Source: Macrostomum lignano (Eukaryota). From it: a stretch of 64,000 nt of DNA. The position numbers and the translations under genes are program-made. The stretch's first letter is position 1. The number at the start of each line of letters is the position of its first letter. Where the stretch lies: NCBI GenBank assembly GCA_002269645.1, contig NIVC01000984.1:1-64000 (forward strand). Direction: 5' to 3'. This document shows positions 36,051-49,025 of the stretch, in pieces. The notes below the pieces were generated by a model, which worked only from the letters and a program-made list of their open reading frames with translations, was not told the DNA's origin and did not search any database.

Positions 36051-38169
36051 AACTGCGCAGTGAGTTAGCTGGACTATAGCAGCAGTTTTTTAAACGACAA
36101 TTCAGTTCTGAATAGGTGGAAATCTATTGGGCTTGTACTGTGCCAATTTAAAACATTAAATTAAAATAACTTACGGGATTGCTCTAAGCATGTTTCAGCT
36201 ACAAATAATGACACAGACGTTTTCAAGACATTTAGTTTAAGTCGTAATTATCATTCCTTAAGCCCATTAGTTATACTTAGCTAAAACGTCAGCAATGAAA
36301 TAATTTTTTGGCAAAAAAACTAAAACCAAAAATACAGTGATAATTAATATCTTACAAGTTATAGATAGTTTTCCATCATCAAATGGTCTTTAGAACATTA
36401 GTAAATAAATAAATTCTGTTGGCTAAAAGCCTATAAGTAATAATTACTATTTCAAGAGACCTCAGGATATGGTTTCCATTGTCAAGTACTATAACTATAA
36501 CTAGGTATTATAACTATAACTATAACTAGGTCACAAATCAAATAATGCCATGCATCTTAATATGAAATTATTCAATATCTTTTTAAATTTATTTTCTTAG
36601 TTGCAGGATTTTTGCTTTTTCAAGGCTGTGACAGGTGCATTTATTGCATTTTTGTGTTTATTAGCCAGTCAAAACTCGATAAAATAACAGAATCCATAAT
36701 AAAGATATAACATACCCTACAGAACACAGCATGGAAATTTAAATATAGCAAATCTGAGTTAACAAAGGAACCAATTCTTAGTAAAAATCGACTAAAGTTT
36801 AAATTAGTTTTTAATGCAATCTAATAGTTCTGGAGCATTATTTAACAATTAAGAAATTTACTCCTCAATCCTTTGTGAGTAACTACAATATAAAGTTGAA
36901 AGTCAAAGGTAAATTGCGATTCCATTTAGTGAGTAAACGATGAAAAGGATTAGGACACATAACAACTGCGAAAACGAACTGTAAAAGAAAATTAGACTAC
37001 TGGAAATAATGGCAAACTGAGTCGCAAAAAAAATGTACAACAAAATATCCATACTTTGTCTTAAAATTCAAAGATTTATTACTTAGTAATTTAAACAATC
37101 TAACATTAATCTAAGTATTAATATAAACATTAAGGAAAGCTGATAAAAAACTCATTGAATTAAGCATATTATTTGTGCTTATTTCTAGTAATTAGATGAA
37201 CTAATAGCAAAATAAAATGTAGCTATAGATTTGTAGAATTGAATTAAGCGAAAAACATTCACACTGCAGTTTATTGCTTCGTTAATTGCGGATTAATTTA
37301 GATTGGTTTGAAATTAAAATTTGCATTGCCTATGATGCCAAAAAGGTTATAACTTAAATTCATTTTTAAGAATATTGCCGCAAAGAAAGCTTATTTTTTA
37401 ATATTTTAAGCTGTATAAAATATGTTTCTTTACTGATAAAAACGACACGAAGCAAAACATTTGTTATAAACTACGCAAAATTTAACGCTAAAGTCCGTTT
37501 TGTTCTGCTAGTTTTACAGGCTATAGGCTATTTTGTCATTTAGTCCCACCCAGCAGTAAAGTTCTGAGCATGTGTGCTGACGAATTTCACTCACTGGTAA
37601 ATTTTTCAGTTAATTGTGGAATCGGATTTTGCCTCTGACGCAGTAAATATTAGCTGACGAATTTCATTCCCTCCGTCGAATTCGAAGTCACTTTTTCTAC
37701 TCTTACCCGAGAGGCGAAGAGATGATGTAGAGCCGGAGAGAGTGGGATTTGAAGTGTAGCAGAATAAAACGAATGATAGGAGATAGAAGAAATACAAAAT
37801 AAGAATCCTATAGTTCAAAGCTACTACGAGTATACCGACAACCCAAAGTGATGAGTTTGCCCACCGAATCTGGTGTCACCACACACTGAATTGAGATTGT
37901 CAAACTAAATTAGGAAAATCTGGAGAGCAGCGGCTGCGAAGTTCATGCTGCCCCAGGACACATGCAACCTGGGTGGCAATGACAGCCATCCAGGACTGGA
38001 TATTTACCAGATTTGAATCCGATACAGAGTTCCTGAGACTTTTTTCTAATGTGCATGGGTGCAGGGGTTAGTTTTGTTAGCTGCACATTGTTAGTTTCGA
38101 CACATGATTTTACCACGAAATTGGGACTCAAAACGTGTTGCGAAAACCCAGTGGCTTACTTCGATACTT

Positions 38170-38600
38170 GTGAACAGGGAGCGCCAATTCTGTTGAGTGA
38201 ATGCCTCCATTCTGGTGTGTGAATGTCTCCATTCGGGTGTGTGAATGTCTTTAACTCTGATGTGTGAATGTCTCTTAACTCTGGTGTGTGAATGTATTTT
38301 AACTCTGGTGTGTGAATGTATTTTAACTCTGGTGTGTGAATGTATCTTAACTCTGTTGTGTGAATGTATCTTAACTCTGGTGTGTGAATGTATCTTAACT
38401 CTGGTGTGTGAATGTATCTTAACTCTGGTGTGTGAATGTCTCTTAACTCTGGTGGGTGAATGCCAGGCGTTCATTCGCGACCTGGCCCTGAGGCGCGTCC
38501 TGTGACGCTGAAACGCGTATTCCGTTGTTGTTGTTTGTTGTTGTGAATGTCTCCATTCAGGTGTGTTAATGTGTCCATTCGGGTGTGTGAATGTGCGGCA
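38170..38600. repeat. 24-bp minisatellite (CTGGTGTGTGAATGTATTTTAACT)
   Basis: Tandem units visible directly. Confidence 0.9.
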
Positions 38601-38819
38601 CTCCGACACTTCCGTTACTTTTTGGTAAGTTCCGTACCTCCAGCACGGTATCAATATTAATAAAAAAATCAAATTTCTCAATTTCTCAATTTGCGTTTTT
38701 TATTAGTGTTAGTAGAATTAATGCCGATAGTGTTTCGTCAAAATGAAGTCCTCTTGAAGTTGTTCCTGTTGCCATCCAACTGAATCTAGACGCAGAGACG
38801 ACGTAGCGATCTCAATGTG

Positions 38820-39790
38820 ACTGCCACGCTGCCACCCCACTTACTGAACCTTGTTGCGTCCAGGGACACTCAGGCTGCAATCGAGCAAGTATCCAAAAAC
38901 GACTAAAGTAAAAATATAATTCACTTTAGTAGTCCTTGGCAGTATCCATGCAGAGCTGCGGGGGGGGGGTTTCACAAACTCGAAATTTCACAACGTCGAA
39001 AGCACCTTCTTTCACAAGATCGAAATTTCACAAGGTCGAAATTTCAGAACATCGAAAACTCAAATAGCAGCCACTTTCACAAGGTCGAAATTTCACAAAA
39101 TCGAAAAATTTAGCAAGGGACTTCATTAAAGTCGAAATTTCTCAAGGTCCAAATTTCACAACGTAGAAAACTACGGTTCTTGTTATATTAAATTTTCGAC
39201 GTTGTGAAATTTCGAGCTTATGAAGTTTCGACCTTGTGAAAGTGGCTGCCATTTGAGTTTTCTACGTTGTGAAATTTCGACCTTGTGAAATTTCGACCTT
39301 GTGAAGTTTTGACCTTGTGAAATAATTTACTTTTCGACGTTGTGAAATTTCGACCTTGTGAAAGCACCCCAGCTGCGGCAGCTGTTTCGCAAAGGAACTT
39401 GGTGGAATTCAATGTTTCACAGTGAGCGAGAACAATTTTACATTTCTACATCAAAGCCTTCGCAGCCCTTTACAAATGACGAGGCATGTCTACCGAAAGA
39501 GTACCACATTGTAATGGCTCCGTTTGCAATTACTCTCTACGTGCTCCAAGGTGAAAGCGACGCCAAGGATTCAAGCATGCTACTGCCAAGGCTTTGAGTG
39601 TCATCACAAAGCTGGACGAGATCCGCAGTCACCTTCGTCCAAAGTACTGCAGCGGGCTTGCCGACTGCCTGCTGGGTAGCCTCTGTCGTCAATTTTCTTC
39701 TGCATTCTCCAACGCTGAGTGCCTTCAGGCTGCAGGATTTCATCCACGATTTTGTTTTACGCGGTTGCCACAGTGCCATGCAGTGCTGCT
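38820..39790 (+). mobile_element. Decayed hAT-like transposase remnant interrupted by a MITE
   Basis: RC..HLLNLVASRD before the insert; TWWNS...VMAPFAITLYVLQGE...MLLPRL...AAGFHPRF after it. Confidence 0.65.
38962..39370. mobile_element. Foldback MITE (~409 bp) made of 16-bp TTTCACAAGGTCGAAA subrepeats, with an 8-bp TSD
   Basis: Left half has direct units and right half has inverted units; G-run/C-run termini; AGCTGCGG at 38954-38961 and 39371-39378. Confidence 0.85.
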
Positions 39791-40317
39791 GACCTTCGCC
39801 AACCAAAGCGGCGCGCACAAAGTGGGGCGTCCTGGTTGAAGAGCGTCTTACAATTGCATCACAGATATTTTTCGCAGTAATAATTCTCTATTTAAACAAC
39901 GACTTCTTATTTTAGGTATATTTGCAATCGCAAGCAAAGCAATTTTATTATGTAGCAATTGTTATGTAGGCTTCGAAACCTCATGGTTTTACTTTTACAT
40001 AAGTAACATGATGGTCGTAGACTAACTTATATAGCGAACTTCTCTACGACATACACAAACAAAAACAAAAGACTGAGTGCGTCTCAAACAATTAGTTGCA
40101 ACTTAAAAAATCAAGCTTACGGACAATAACATCTACATTTCGTTTTTACTACTAATATGAGCAATTAAGGAACACAACGGTAAAACTAATTAGAGCTTTC
40201 ACAGGATAAGCATCGGAAATATTTGAGAGACAATATTGACGACATTCAAGAAAAATGTTCCAGCAACGGGTGAGAGAGTGGATCAGCCTCAGACAGTTTG
40301 ACATTCTGTCCATTAAG

Positions 40318-43300
40318 TCAGTCCAGACAGGCGCTGCCAGCAGGCGAGGCGGAGGCGGTCAGAGCCGCGGCGCCCACCGGCCGACCAGCCAGCCAGCTGG
40401 ACGAAATGAACGACGATGGCGCCGATGCCGACGGCGGACTGCCGCTGCTGGACGCGGCGGCTGCGGACACGGCCGCGGCATAGAAGGCGGCAGCGGCGGC
40501 GGCAGCTGCCGGCGTGAAGCCAAGAGGAAGCCCAGGAGGCGGTGGCGGCAAGCAGCTGTGCCGGTTCGTGCCGAGCAGCTGTTGATGCGGCGGCGGCGGC
40601 GGTGGCGGCGGCGGCGGCAGGAATGGCAGACGGAACGGGAGGGCCGGTTGACGCGTCGACACCGGCGGAATTCCAGCGGCAGATGTCGGAGACGGCGGCG
40701 TCTCCAAGTTGGCGCCCGGCCGCGGCCGCTGCTGCTGCTGGAGCTGCAGACAGTCGTCGATGTTCCCGACGGTGCTGTCGCGAGCAGACGAAGCGGCGCT
40801 CTGCATCATTAACTGCAGGTGGTTGAGGCTGGCGGCGGCCGCGGCAGCTCGACGGCTCGCTGTGTCACCGCCGCCGCCGCCGCCGCCCCCGCAGCCTCCG
40901 CCGCCACCGCTACCACTGGCAGCAGCGGCCATGGCGGCGGCGGCGGCGGCAGCAGAGACGGCGGCTCCGTGGCCGGACTCGTCCGGACCGTCCGTGCTCA
41001 GCTGCAGGTGCCGCTTCTTAGTTTTGTAGCGTCGATTTTGGAACCAAATTTTTACCTGGAAATGACAGTTTCCTTACAATTCATACCAGTATTTGTATAC
41101 GCAATGGTGTGTAACTTGAAATTTCGTGACATTTCTTGAGTTCAGATCGACCATATGACTCTTTTCTATCTCGGCAGTGTAATACTTCGTTTTACTAAAG
41201 ATTCAATTATTTCAACGAAAAAGGTCGATTTGAAGTTTGCTAAAAAACTCAGGATTGTAGATTGCAGACTTCAGATTTCCATGCTTGATGGACCCACGGC
41301 TCTTGTGTCCGTGGTGGAGGGGTATTTCGAAGGACTAAGCTAGCTCGTAGAAGCAAAAGGTGCGAGGAATCTGGTTCCTTGGTGGTCCTCCTGGTTGGGG
41401 ACAGGGCCGCTTCCTACAGATTTTCAGTTCCACGGAGGAACTGGAAAATTAATGATACGCCTGGTTGCCGGGGGGGGGGGGCATGCGGACATGACAATGA
41501 GGATGAGGGTGGTCAGTCTCGACTTTTAACACTATCGGTTGCTAACAAGTTTGACAAGGTCCAGAGAGTCAGTCCTTGCCTCGGCCTGCGTGTGACACGC
41601 ATTCAGCCAGACGGCCACTTTGTCAAAGAGTGAAGAGTCAAAAGGAATGCGCAGAGTTGCGCATGTATGCGGTTAAAGGCGGCATTCTTCTTCTCCCTTC
41701 AGATTCAAGTTAAAACTGTTATAACTTTGGTCAGTTCATTTATATAGCTGTTGGTGCAAATGAACTGGTAATTACCAGTGTGGGACATCGGCTGAAATCG
41801 AAGCATACAGTAAAATGGTAGGAGGGCAAAAGGCGCTAGATGGGAAAGGGAGCGCTAGATCTAGATCGGGAAAGGGGCGCTAAATCTAGATTGGGAAAGG
41901 GGCGCTAGATCTAGATTGGGAAAGGGGCGCTAGATCTAGATTGGGAAAGGGGCGCTAGATCTAGATTGGGAAAGGGAGCGCTAGATCTAGATTGGGAAAG
42001 GGGCGCTAGATCTAGATTGGGAAAGGGGCGCTAGATCTAGATTGGGAAAGGGGCGCTAGATCTAGATTGGGAAAGGGGAGCTAGATCTAGATTGGGAAAG
42101 GGGCGCTAGATCTAGATTGGGAAAGGGAGCGCTAGATCTAGATTGGGAAAGGGGCGCTAGATCTAGATTGGGAAAGGGGCGCTAGATCTAGATTGGGAAA
42201 GGGGCGCTAGATCTAGATTGGGAAAGGGGCGCTAGATCTAGATTGGGAAAGGGGAGCTAGATATGAAAAAGGGCGCTCGATCTAGGTATGGAAGGGGGTG
42301 CTAGATCTAGGTACGCAAGGGGCGCTAGATATGAAAAAGGGCGCTCGATCTAGATATGGAAGGGGGTGCTTGATCTAGATAGAAAAAGGGGCGCTAAATT
42401 GCTAGACCTACGTAGGAAACCAAGTGCTTGATCTAGGTGGGTGAATAAATCTGCAACAATTCTTGCAAATTCTTCCAGTTCCAGATAGAAACATCTGCTG
42501 AAGAATCTTTTAGGAAAAGAATAGATATTTTCACAAACATTTCAGCAGTACCAAAAGAATACCAAAAGAATTTCTATCAAATAGATGCCATGAAAAAAGT
42601 CCCATTAAAAATCCTTGAATATCTGATCCCAGCAATTTTTACCTAGAAAGGGTATTTCCAATGAATCGCGGAAATCTCAAGAGAATCACCGAATCACTGA
42701 ATCTCCCCAGGAGAATCACCGAATCTCCCCAGGAGAATCACCGAATCTCCCCAAGAGAATCACCAAATCTCCCCAGGAGAATCACGGAATCTCGAAATTG
42801 CTCACCTGGGTCTCCGTCAGCTTGAGCAGTCTGGCCAGATCCGAGCGCTCCTGTCCGGACAGGTATCTTTGATGACTAAACCGACGCTCAAGTTCGAACA
42901 CCTGGGCGTGGCTGAACGCCGCTCTGGTTCGTTTCTTCCGGTGCCGCAGATAAGAACTTCCGCTGACCCCGCCGCCACCGCCGCCGCCTCCGTGACTTCC
43001 GCCGTGATGGCTGGCGTGGTGCGACGGTTTTGCACCGCCAGCGCCGTTGCCAGTCGAGTCGGAGGCTGCTGCGGCGGCTGCGGCGGCGGCGGCGCTGGCG
43101 GCCAGGGAAGCGGCCATAGACTGGATGTGCACCGAAGGCGATGCGCGGGTCAGGCTGAGGAAGCTTTGAATCGAAGCCAAACTGGACACTGTTGGCAGGA
43201 TGATGCAGAGCGGTTGCTGTGGTAGGTGCTGATAAATTTTATAAGACAAACTAATAATGAGAAATTCATTGTACAAGATCTCTTACTTGACGGAGACAGT

Positions 43301-43731
43301 GCAGGTCGGTGGTGCTGCTGCTGCGTAGGCCGGTGAGGCTTCTGTTGCTGCTGCCGCCAGACCGGCGCTGCCGCAGCCGCAGCTTCCCGATGATGATGCT
43401 GATGCCGACGACGGTCCCGGGGACGTTCAGCGGAACCTGCTCCACCTCTCTTGGTTCCGTCGAGGCCGCTGCCACTACCGCCGCCGCTTCCGGCCAGGAT
43501 GCTCTCAATGCCAAACCGCAGCCGGCCGCGAGCAGTGGCGGCAGCGGCCGCAGCTTCATCAGGCGATCCATCAGCCGACATCAGCAGCTCCGAGGCACCG
43601 ACTTCCTCCTCCTCCTCTTCTTCCGCCTCCTCCTCTTCTTCCGCCTCCTCCTCCTCTTCGTCCACGTCGTCCACTTCCTCATCCGCCTCAACAATAACGG
43701 ACTCGTCAGCGAAGCTGTCGTCAGCCAACAT
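40318..43731 (-). CDS. Nkx3-2: NK3-class homeobox gene (bagpipe/Nkx3-2); exons 43731-43287, 43228-42806 and 41055-40318
   Basis: TN/eh1 motif LRFGIESIL; homeodomain [45 protein letters not shown]|[14 protein letters not shown]; canonical splice sites; one apparent 1-nt indel at ~43106. Confidence 0.92.
41860..42400. repeat. ~26-bp intronic minisatellite containing the palindrome CTAGATCTAG
   Basis: Unit gggcgctagatctagattgggaaag(g). Confidence 0.95.
42680..42790. repeat. Short GAATCACCGAATCTCCCCAGGA repeat beside a donor site
   Basis: About 4 copies visible. Confidence 0.8.
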
Positions 43732-44311
43732 TTTTTTTCGCCAATACTGTCGTCAAAGTAATAAAAGTTGTAATTGGAGAGACAAATCAATCCTCCTGAG
43801 AGTTGGGATGGAGCGGAGCGGCTGGCTATCGCCGGCTTTTATTGAACTTCCGCTAATTTCCTGTTGGCTGGCGGGAGGAGTTGGTGGCCAGATAACTTTC
43901 TTCCCCGGCTCCCCCCTCCTCCCCTCCTCCTCCCCAGGGCTGACACCTGTCGGCCGCCACCTGCAAATTAGCGGCCCTCTTTTCTTCTACTTTCTCTCCC
44001 CACTCTGTGTCCCTGTCTGTCTCTCTAACTTTCTTTATTCAATTCTCTTTACCTGAGAATTCGGTCATCCAGTTTCCCGGAATCAAAGTTTTGACAACAG
44101 CCTGCTAAGCCCTGGGATCTTTTTGGTAATTCTATATTTTGATTTTCTACTTTTTCAGAGCAAAATCATAGAGTTTTTCAAATGTTTTTATGCTACAAAA
44201 TTTGATTATTATAAACCTAAGAAATGAAAAACGAGCTAATTGCGCAATAAAACTGGTATATTTTGGGCATGAAAAATTCAGTACGCTCGTACAAATTCAG
44301 TACTTCTAGCC

Positions 44312-44935
44312 CATGATGGCGCCCCTGATGGCGCCTCTGATGGCGCCCCTGATGGCCCTGATGGCGCCCCTGATGGCCCTGATGGCGCCCCTGATGGCCG
44401 TGATGGTATCCCTGATGGAGCCAGCTCAATGAGCAATGAAATCAACAATCCCTGAAAGCACCGGTCTATTCAGAAATTCTCAGCGGCATTTCCCGCTACC
44501 GTCTCCGCCCCTCGCCCCTCCCTGTCCTTCAGTCGAGCAAAGCGCGACCAGCTGCGATTGGTTGATGCGTCGCGCTAGCAGGGGCCAGTCGATTGGCTGC
44601 GATGACAGCTCGTTTGCTCTCGGGGCTCTGTTGCTTTCTTCTTCTCTCTATTGCTAGTTGCCCGTTCGATTGGAGTCATGGATTACCAGACTTGGACGGG
44701 CCGATTGAAAAACTAAACGAGCCAGGCCAGTTTTCTGGATATCTGATTCCGATCAAAATTAAACCAAATTGGCATACCTTTATTGCAAAAATTATGCTTC
44801 AGAGGCGCCATCAGGGCCATCAGGGGCGCCATCAGGGGCGCCATTAGAGGCGCCATAAGGGGCGCCATCAGGGCCATCAGGGGCGCATCCGGAATGCCAT
44901 CAGGGGCGCCATCGGGGGCGCATCAGGTTCGCCAT
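44312..44935. repeat. Two mutually inverted GATGGCGCCCCT arrays (44312-44417 and 44802-44935) flanking a CCAAT-rich core
   Basis: Arrays are reverse complements; the core has several GATTGG motifs (~44558, 44591, 44669). Confidence 0.75.
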
Positions 44936-46599
44936 TAACTGAGTGACACCAAAGATTGGATGAAGCGCGACTTCTGGGACGGCGCCAAAATGAGCGTCAC
45001 AAGAATTTTTTTAAACGTTACAAATTGGACGTAGGTACGAATTATATGATTGCAAGATCCGTTTGAAATTGAGCCTCGAAGAAAAATTCTGAGGAATGGC
45101 TTCTTTAGCTTAAAACTGAACAGGAACCAATAGTCGTGGTATCAGATAAAATGTCGTCAAAATTAGTGTCAGTTGCGTCAATGGATAACTTACTGGTTGC
45201 AGTTCTAAAATTTCTGCTATTATGAATTTCTATTTTATTAAATTGTGGCTTCACATTTGTTCCCAAAACTGATATCAGAAGGATATTAAGCCAGGAGGAT
45301 ATCAGAGAGAGAGATCAGCCACTTGTACTTGTGATTGATACCCACGCACACTTACACTAAGCCAGAGGATAGACTGATGTCAATCACTCATGCAATTTGC
45401 AACGGGGGTTTTCGATGGCGGGGGCAGCAGGCACTTGCAGGGCAAGCAGAAACAATGTCCAGTTCGGTACTTCGCATTGTTTTCATTTGATTGGTTCAAA
45501 CGGATTATGGCCAGTGTGCTGCAGGTAAACTTGCGTCAAGTCTGCCAACTGTGATTGCGGATAGACAGGTGAATTTCTACAAATGGCTGTACAGTGTATC
45601 CCATTCCTTCAAGTAGGTTTTCCTGGAGAGCCTCTTTGCTGTCCGTATATAAGATTGCCAGGCCTTTTTTCGGTATCGTCTTATCTTCTGGAAGCAGCAA
45701 AGAGCCTGTCCGATCTTCAATGAGAGGCACTGGTCAAAACGCTTGACCGAGCAAGAGACAGATTGGTAGTAGGGCCTGACCCGGCAACACACTTAAGCTA
45801 AATACCGTCCGTAAGCTCGTATAGATGTTCATCCCTGTATGTAAGCCACGGTCTTCTATCTAATACCCTTGCCGATGCTTTAAAGCTCGGGCCTGCCTCA
45901 TCAAGCATCAAAACACCGCAGCTTCCTGGCCACACGTGTGCGCCCTGCTAATTGGTCCGATTGCTCTGCCTATATAGACAGCTGCTTGGCTTAGGAGGAG
46001 GCGAGCGGCCAGCGCGAGATTCTTCTTCTTCGCCTCTGAAAATGATTGAAAGAGTGTCGCTTGTAACTCTGCTATGTGTAGCCTATAGGCAACAGGGGGT
46101 GGACGGCTCGGAGAGGGAGTTAATTGGTGTTGCAGCAATACCGAAACGGCTGTGGGTTCATCACAACCCTGCCACTCTACTTGATGGAGTGTTTTTCAAT
46201 TCCCCTCTTTCTTCCCCTTGGACCCACGGACTGCAGCAATATGGGACTCGGAAATTCACCTTTCAGGCTGTGGCCCTTGCGGCCCTGTTGCTGGGCATTT
46301 AAAAAGCCGCACTGCAGGCTACCTGTTCAAGCAAGTTTGGCAAAGCAATTCTCAGTCAAGAAAATCGCAACTTGGTGCAGCGTCTTAAGCTGTTCAGCAA
46401 TTTGCTTTCCACCGCCAAGAGTTTGTCAGAGGGTTTAAACAAAAAAATCTTGAAGGGTGCCGACATTTACAAGACTTGCCTCTCTGGATGGATGGTTTTC
46501 ACTGCTGCCATAAGGACTACTAATGAGCTGCTTTTTTACTCGTAATTCTTCTACAAATTTGCTTTTTTGAAATCGGAAAAATTCTGTTTTTTATCCTCA

Positions 46600-47360
46600 G
46601 TTCCCGATGTTTCAGTACCCTCCGCTACCCTCCCATTCCCGATGCCTCAGTACCCTCCGCTACCCTTTATTCCCGATGCCTCAGTACCCCCCCCCTACCC
46701 TTTATTCCCGATGCCTCAGTACCCCCCGCTACCCTTTATTCCCGATGCCTCAGAGTACCCTCCGCTACCCTTTATTCCCGATGCCTCAGTACCCTTCGCT
46801 ACCCTCCATTCCCGATGCCTCAGTACCCTCCGCTACCCTCCATTCCCGATGCCTCAGTACCCTCCGCTACCCTGTATTCCCGATGCCTCAGTACCCTCCG
46901 CTACCCTGTATTCCCGATGCCTCAGAGTACCCTCCGCTACCCTCCATTCCCGATGCCTCAGTACCCTCCGCTACCCTGTATTCCCGATGCCTCAGTACCC
47001 CCCGCTACCCTTTATTCCCGATGCCTCAGAGTACCCTCCGCTACCCTTTATTCCCGATGCCTCAGTACCCCCCGCTACCCTTTATTCCCGATGCCTCAGT
47101 ACCCCCCGCTACCCTCCATTCCCGATGCCTCAGTACCCTCCGCTACCCTCCATTCCCGATGCCTCAGTACCCTCCGCTACCCTCCATTCCCGATGCCTCA
47201 GTACCCTTCGCTACCCTCCATTCCCGATGCCTCAGTACCCTCCGCTACCCTTTATTCCCGATGCCTCAGTACCCTCCGCTACCCTTTATTCCCGATGCCT
47301 CAGTACCCTCCGCTACCCTTTATTCCCGATGCCTCAGTACCCTCGGCTACCCTCTATTAC
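46600..47360. repeat. 34-bp minisatellite (CCCGATGCCTCAGTACCCTCCGCTACCCTTTATT)
   Basis: Tandem units visible directly. Confidence 0.96.
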
Positions 47361-47861
47361 CAATGTTTCAGTGGTCACTCAAAATCCTCAGATTAAACGG
47401 CACCAAATCGATGACGTCATCACTTGGAAGTAATAAATTGGCTTTGAAAATATATCCGGTCCGCAACAAGATGCGTTGCCATTTTTCTTCATCAACTAAC
47501 AATCAGTTAAACGTTTTCCAACAGTATATGTATAATTTAGGATGCTGGAATAGTGATGAAGATTGGCGGCAATGTTACAGCGCTTGTTGGAAAACCATAT
47601 ATGCATGCAATCGATGCAGATTTCTTGGAAAGCAACAAACAATTAAGAAAACGCATCAATCAAATTCGTGGAAACTGTGCCACCAATCTGTATAGGTTTT
47701 ATGCTACAAAATTCTATTATAAACTGCCTCTTTGGCTGAGGCCAGCCGGCAGGCCATCATCGGCGAAACAAGGTCTACTCAAGTAGAAGGATGGGGAACC
47801 TCGTTTCTTAGAAAATTTTAGGAGGCAGGTTTTCCGAAAAAAATGCACTACGGAGATAGGG

Positions 47862-49025
47862 AGTTTTGATTTTTTCAGCAAAAAAATTGTTATTGCTTTC
47901 GATAGGAGGCAGACCCAATGTTCATCTTTTGATATGTTGTGCCTTTTTTATAGCTCTATTGATATTAATTAAATTTTTGGTTCAAAAAACTAGGATTCTT
48001 TGTTAATATTCATGCTAAGTACAATTGCACATGTCCTGTGCCTTAAAACTATACCTTTTTTCGATCTAGTTTGCCAAAACTGCAATCCATTTTGCCAAAA
48101 CTGCGACCCAGTTTGCCCATAGCAAGCCAAGAAGGATTTTTATTGAGAATCAATTTTTTTATTTTGTCGAAATAAACTGTAACAGTGAACAATAAACAGC
48201 GAGTTTTTAATGGTAGACGTAGGCACAAATGCTCTCAATCATAGCATTGTTAAGGGACCTACGCTTGGCACCTCCGCGAGGCAGAGGCTCTATACGACCG
48301 GTTGCGTTGAATTGTCCAACTATGTAAGTCACGGTTCTTCGTGAGATGCCCAACAGCCTACCGAAATCTTGCCAGTCCTCTCCATCCTGATATGCTTGAA
48401 TCAATCGCTGCCGGTCCTTCGCTGAAATCCTGTTATAAGGTCCACGCTGGGCCATTCTTGATCCTGCTATGTATGTCTGTGGTGTTTTCTTTGCTATGGG
48501 CAAACTAGGTCGCAGTTTTGGCAAAATTGATTGCACTTTTCAAAGAGTTGTCTGTGGCTGAAACTCTGGTCATGACTGAGCAGACTTGGCATAGACAGCA
48601 AAATTATAAGTGATATTTTTCCGCGGGCAAAATTGATTGCAGTTTTGGCAAACTAGATCGCAAAAAGGTATATTAAAATGGCAGGGCTCAGCTCATTGGT
48701 TTTATGAATCAATTTTGTCATTCTTAGCCGACTGTGTAACAATGTGTGTAACAGAGATGATTAAATAGATTTATAAAACAAATTAATTGAGCCGTGCCAT
48801 GCATTTTTATGATTCTTTTGGTACAGGGAATGTATGTAGAATAAAAAATTAACATAGAATCCTTATTTTTTACCGCAAAGCTTTATGAATATCAATATAG
48901 AGCTATAGAAATAGAGCTATAGAGCTATAGAGCTATAGAAAGGCACAACACATCTAAAGATGAACATTGGGTCAGCCTCCTATCGAATGCAATAACATTT
49001 TTTGTGCTGAAAAAATGGAAACTTC
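47862..49025. mobile_element. MITE-like element with ~110-bp TIRs hosting a nested Tc1-like derivative
   Basis: ttttttcagca...tcgataggagg.agacccaatgttcatcttt...gtgcctt..tatagctcta at 47870-47960 is mirrored at ~48890-49015. Confidence 0.8.
48052..48670 (-). mobile_element. Internally deleted Tc1/IS630-type element (~620 bp) retaining the transposase N-terminal HTH
   Basis: TA-flanked ~45-bp TIRs (tacctttt..gatctagtttgccaaaactgcaatc); ORF 48455-48207 MAQRGPYNRISAKDRQRLIQAY...LGISRRTVTYIVGQFNATGRIEPLPRGG. Confidence 0.8.

Noticed and set aside
37606-38681. Possible small secreted or Cys-rich gene (signal-like MRNLIFLLILIP; CHCHPGCMC)
   Set aside because: It starts at TTG, runs mostly through the 24-bp satellite, and I could not build a phase-consistent exon chain.
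45300-46450. GC-moderate block with short ORFs, possibly a decayed transposon
   Set aside because: No recognisable motif or termini in any frame.
46567-47695. Pro-rich ORFs (FPMPQYPPLP)n
   Set aside because: The 34-bp unit cycles through all three frames, so no coding periodicity is maintained.
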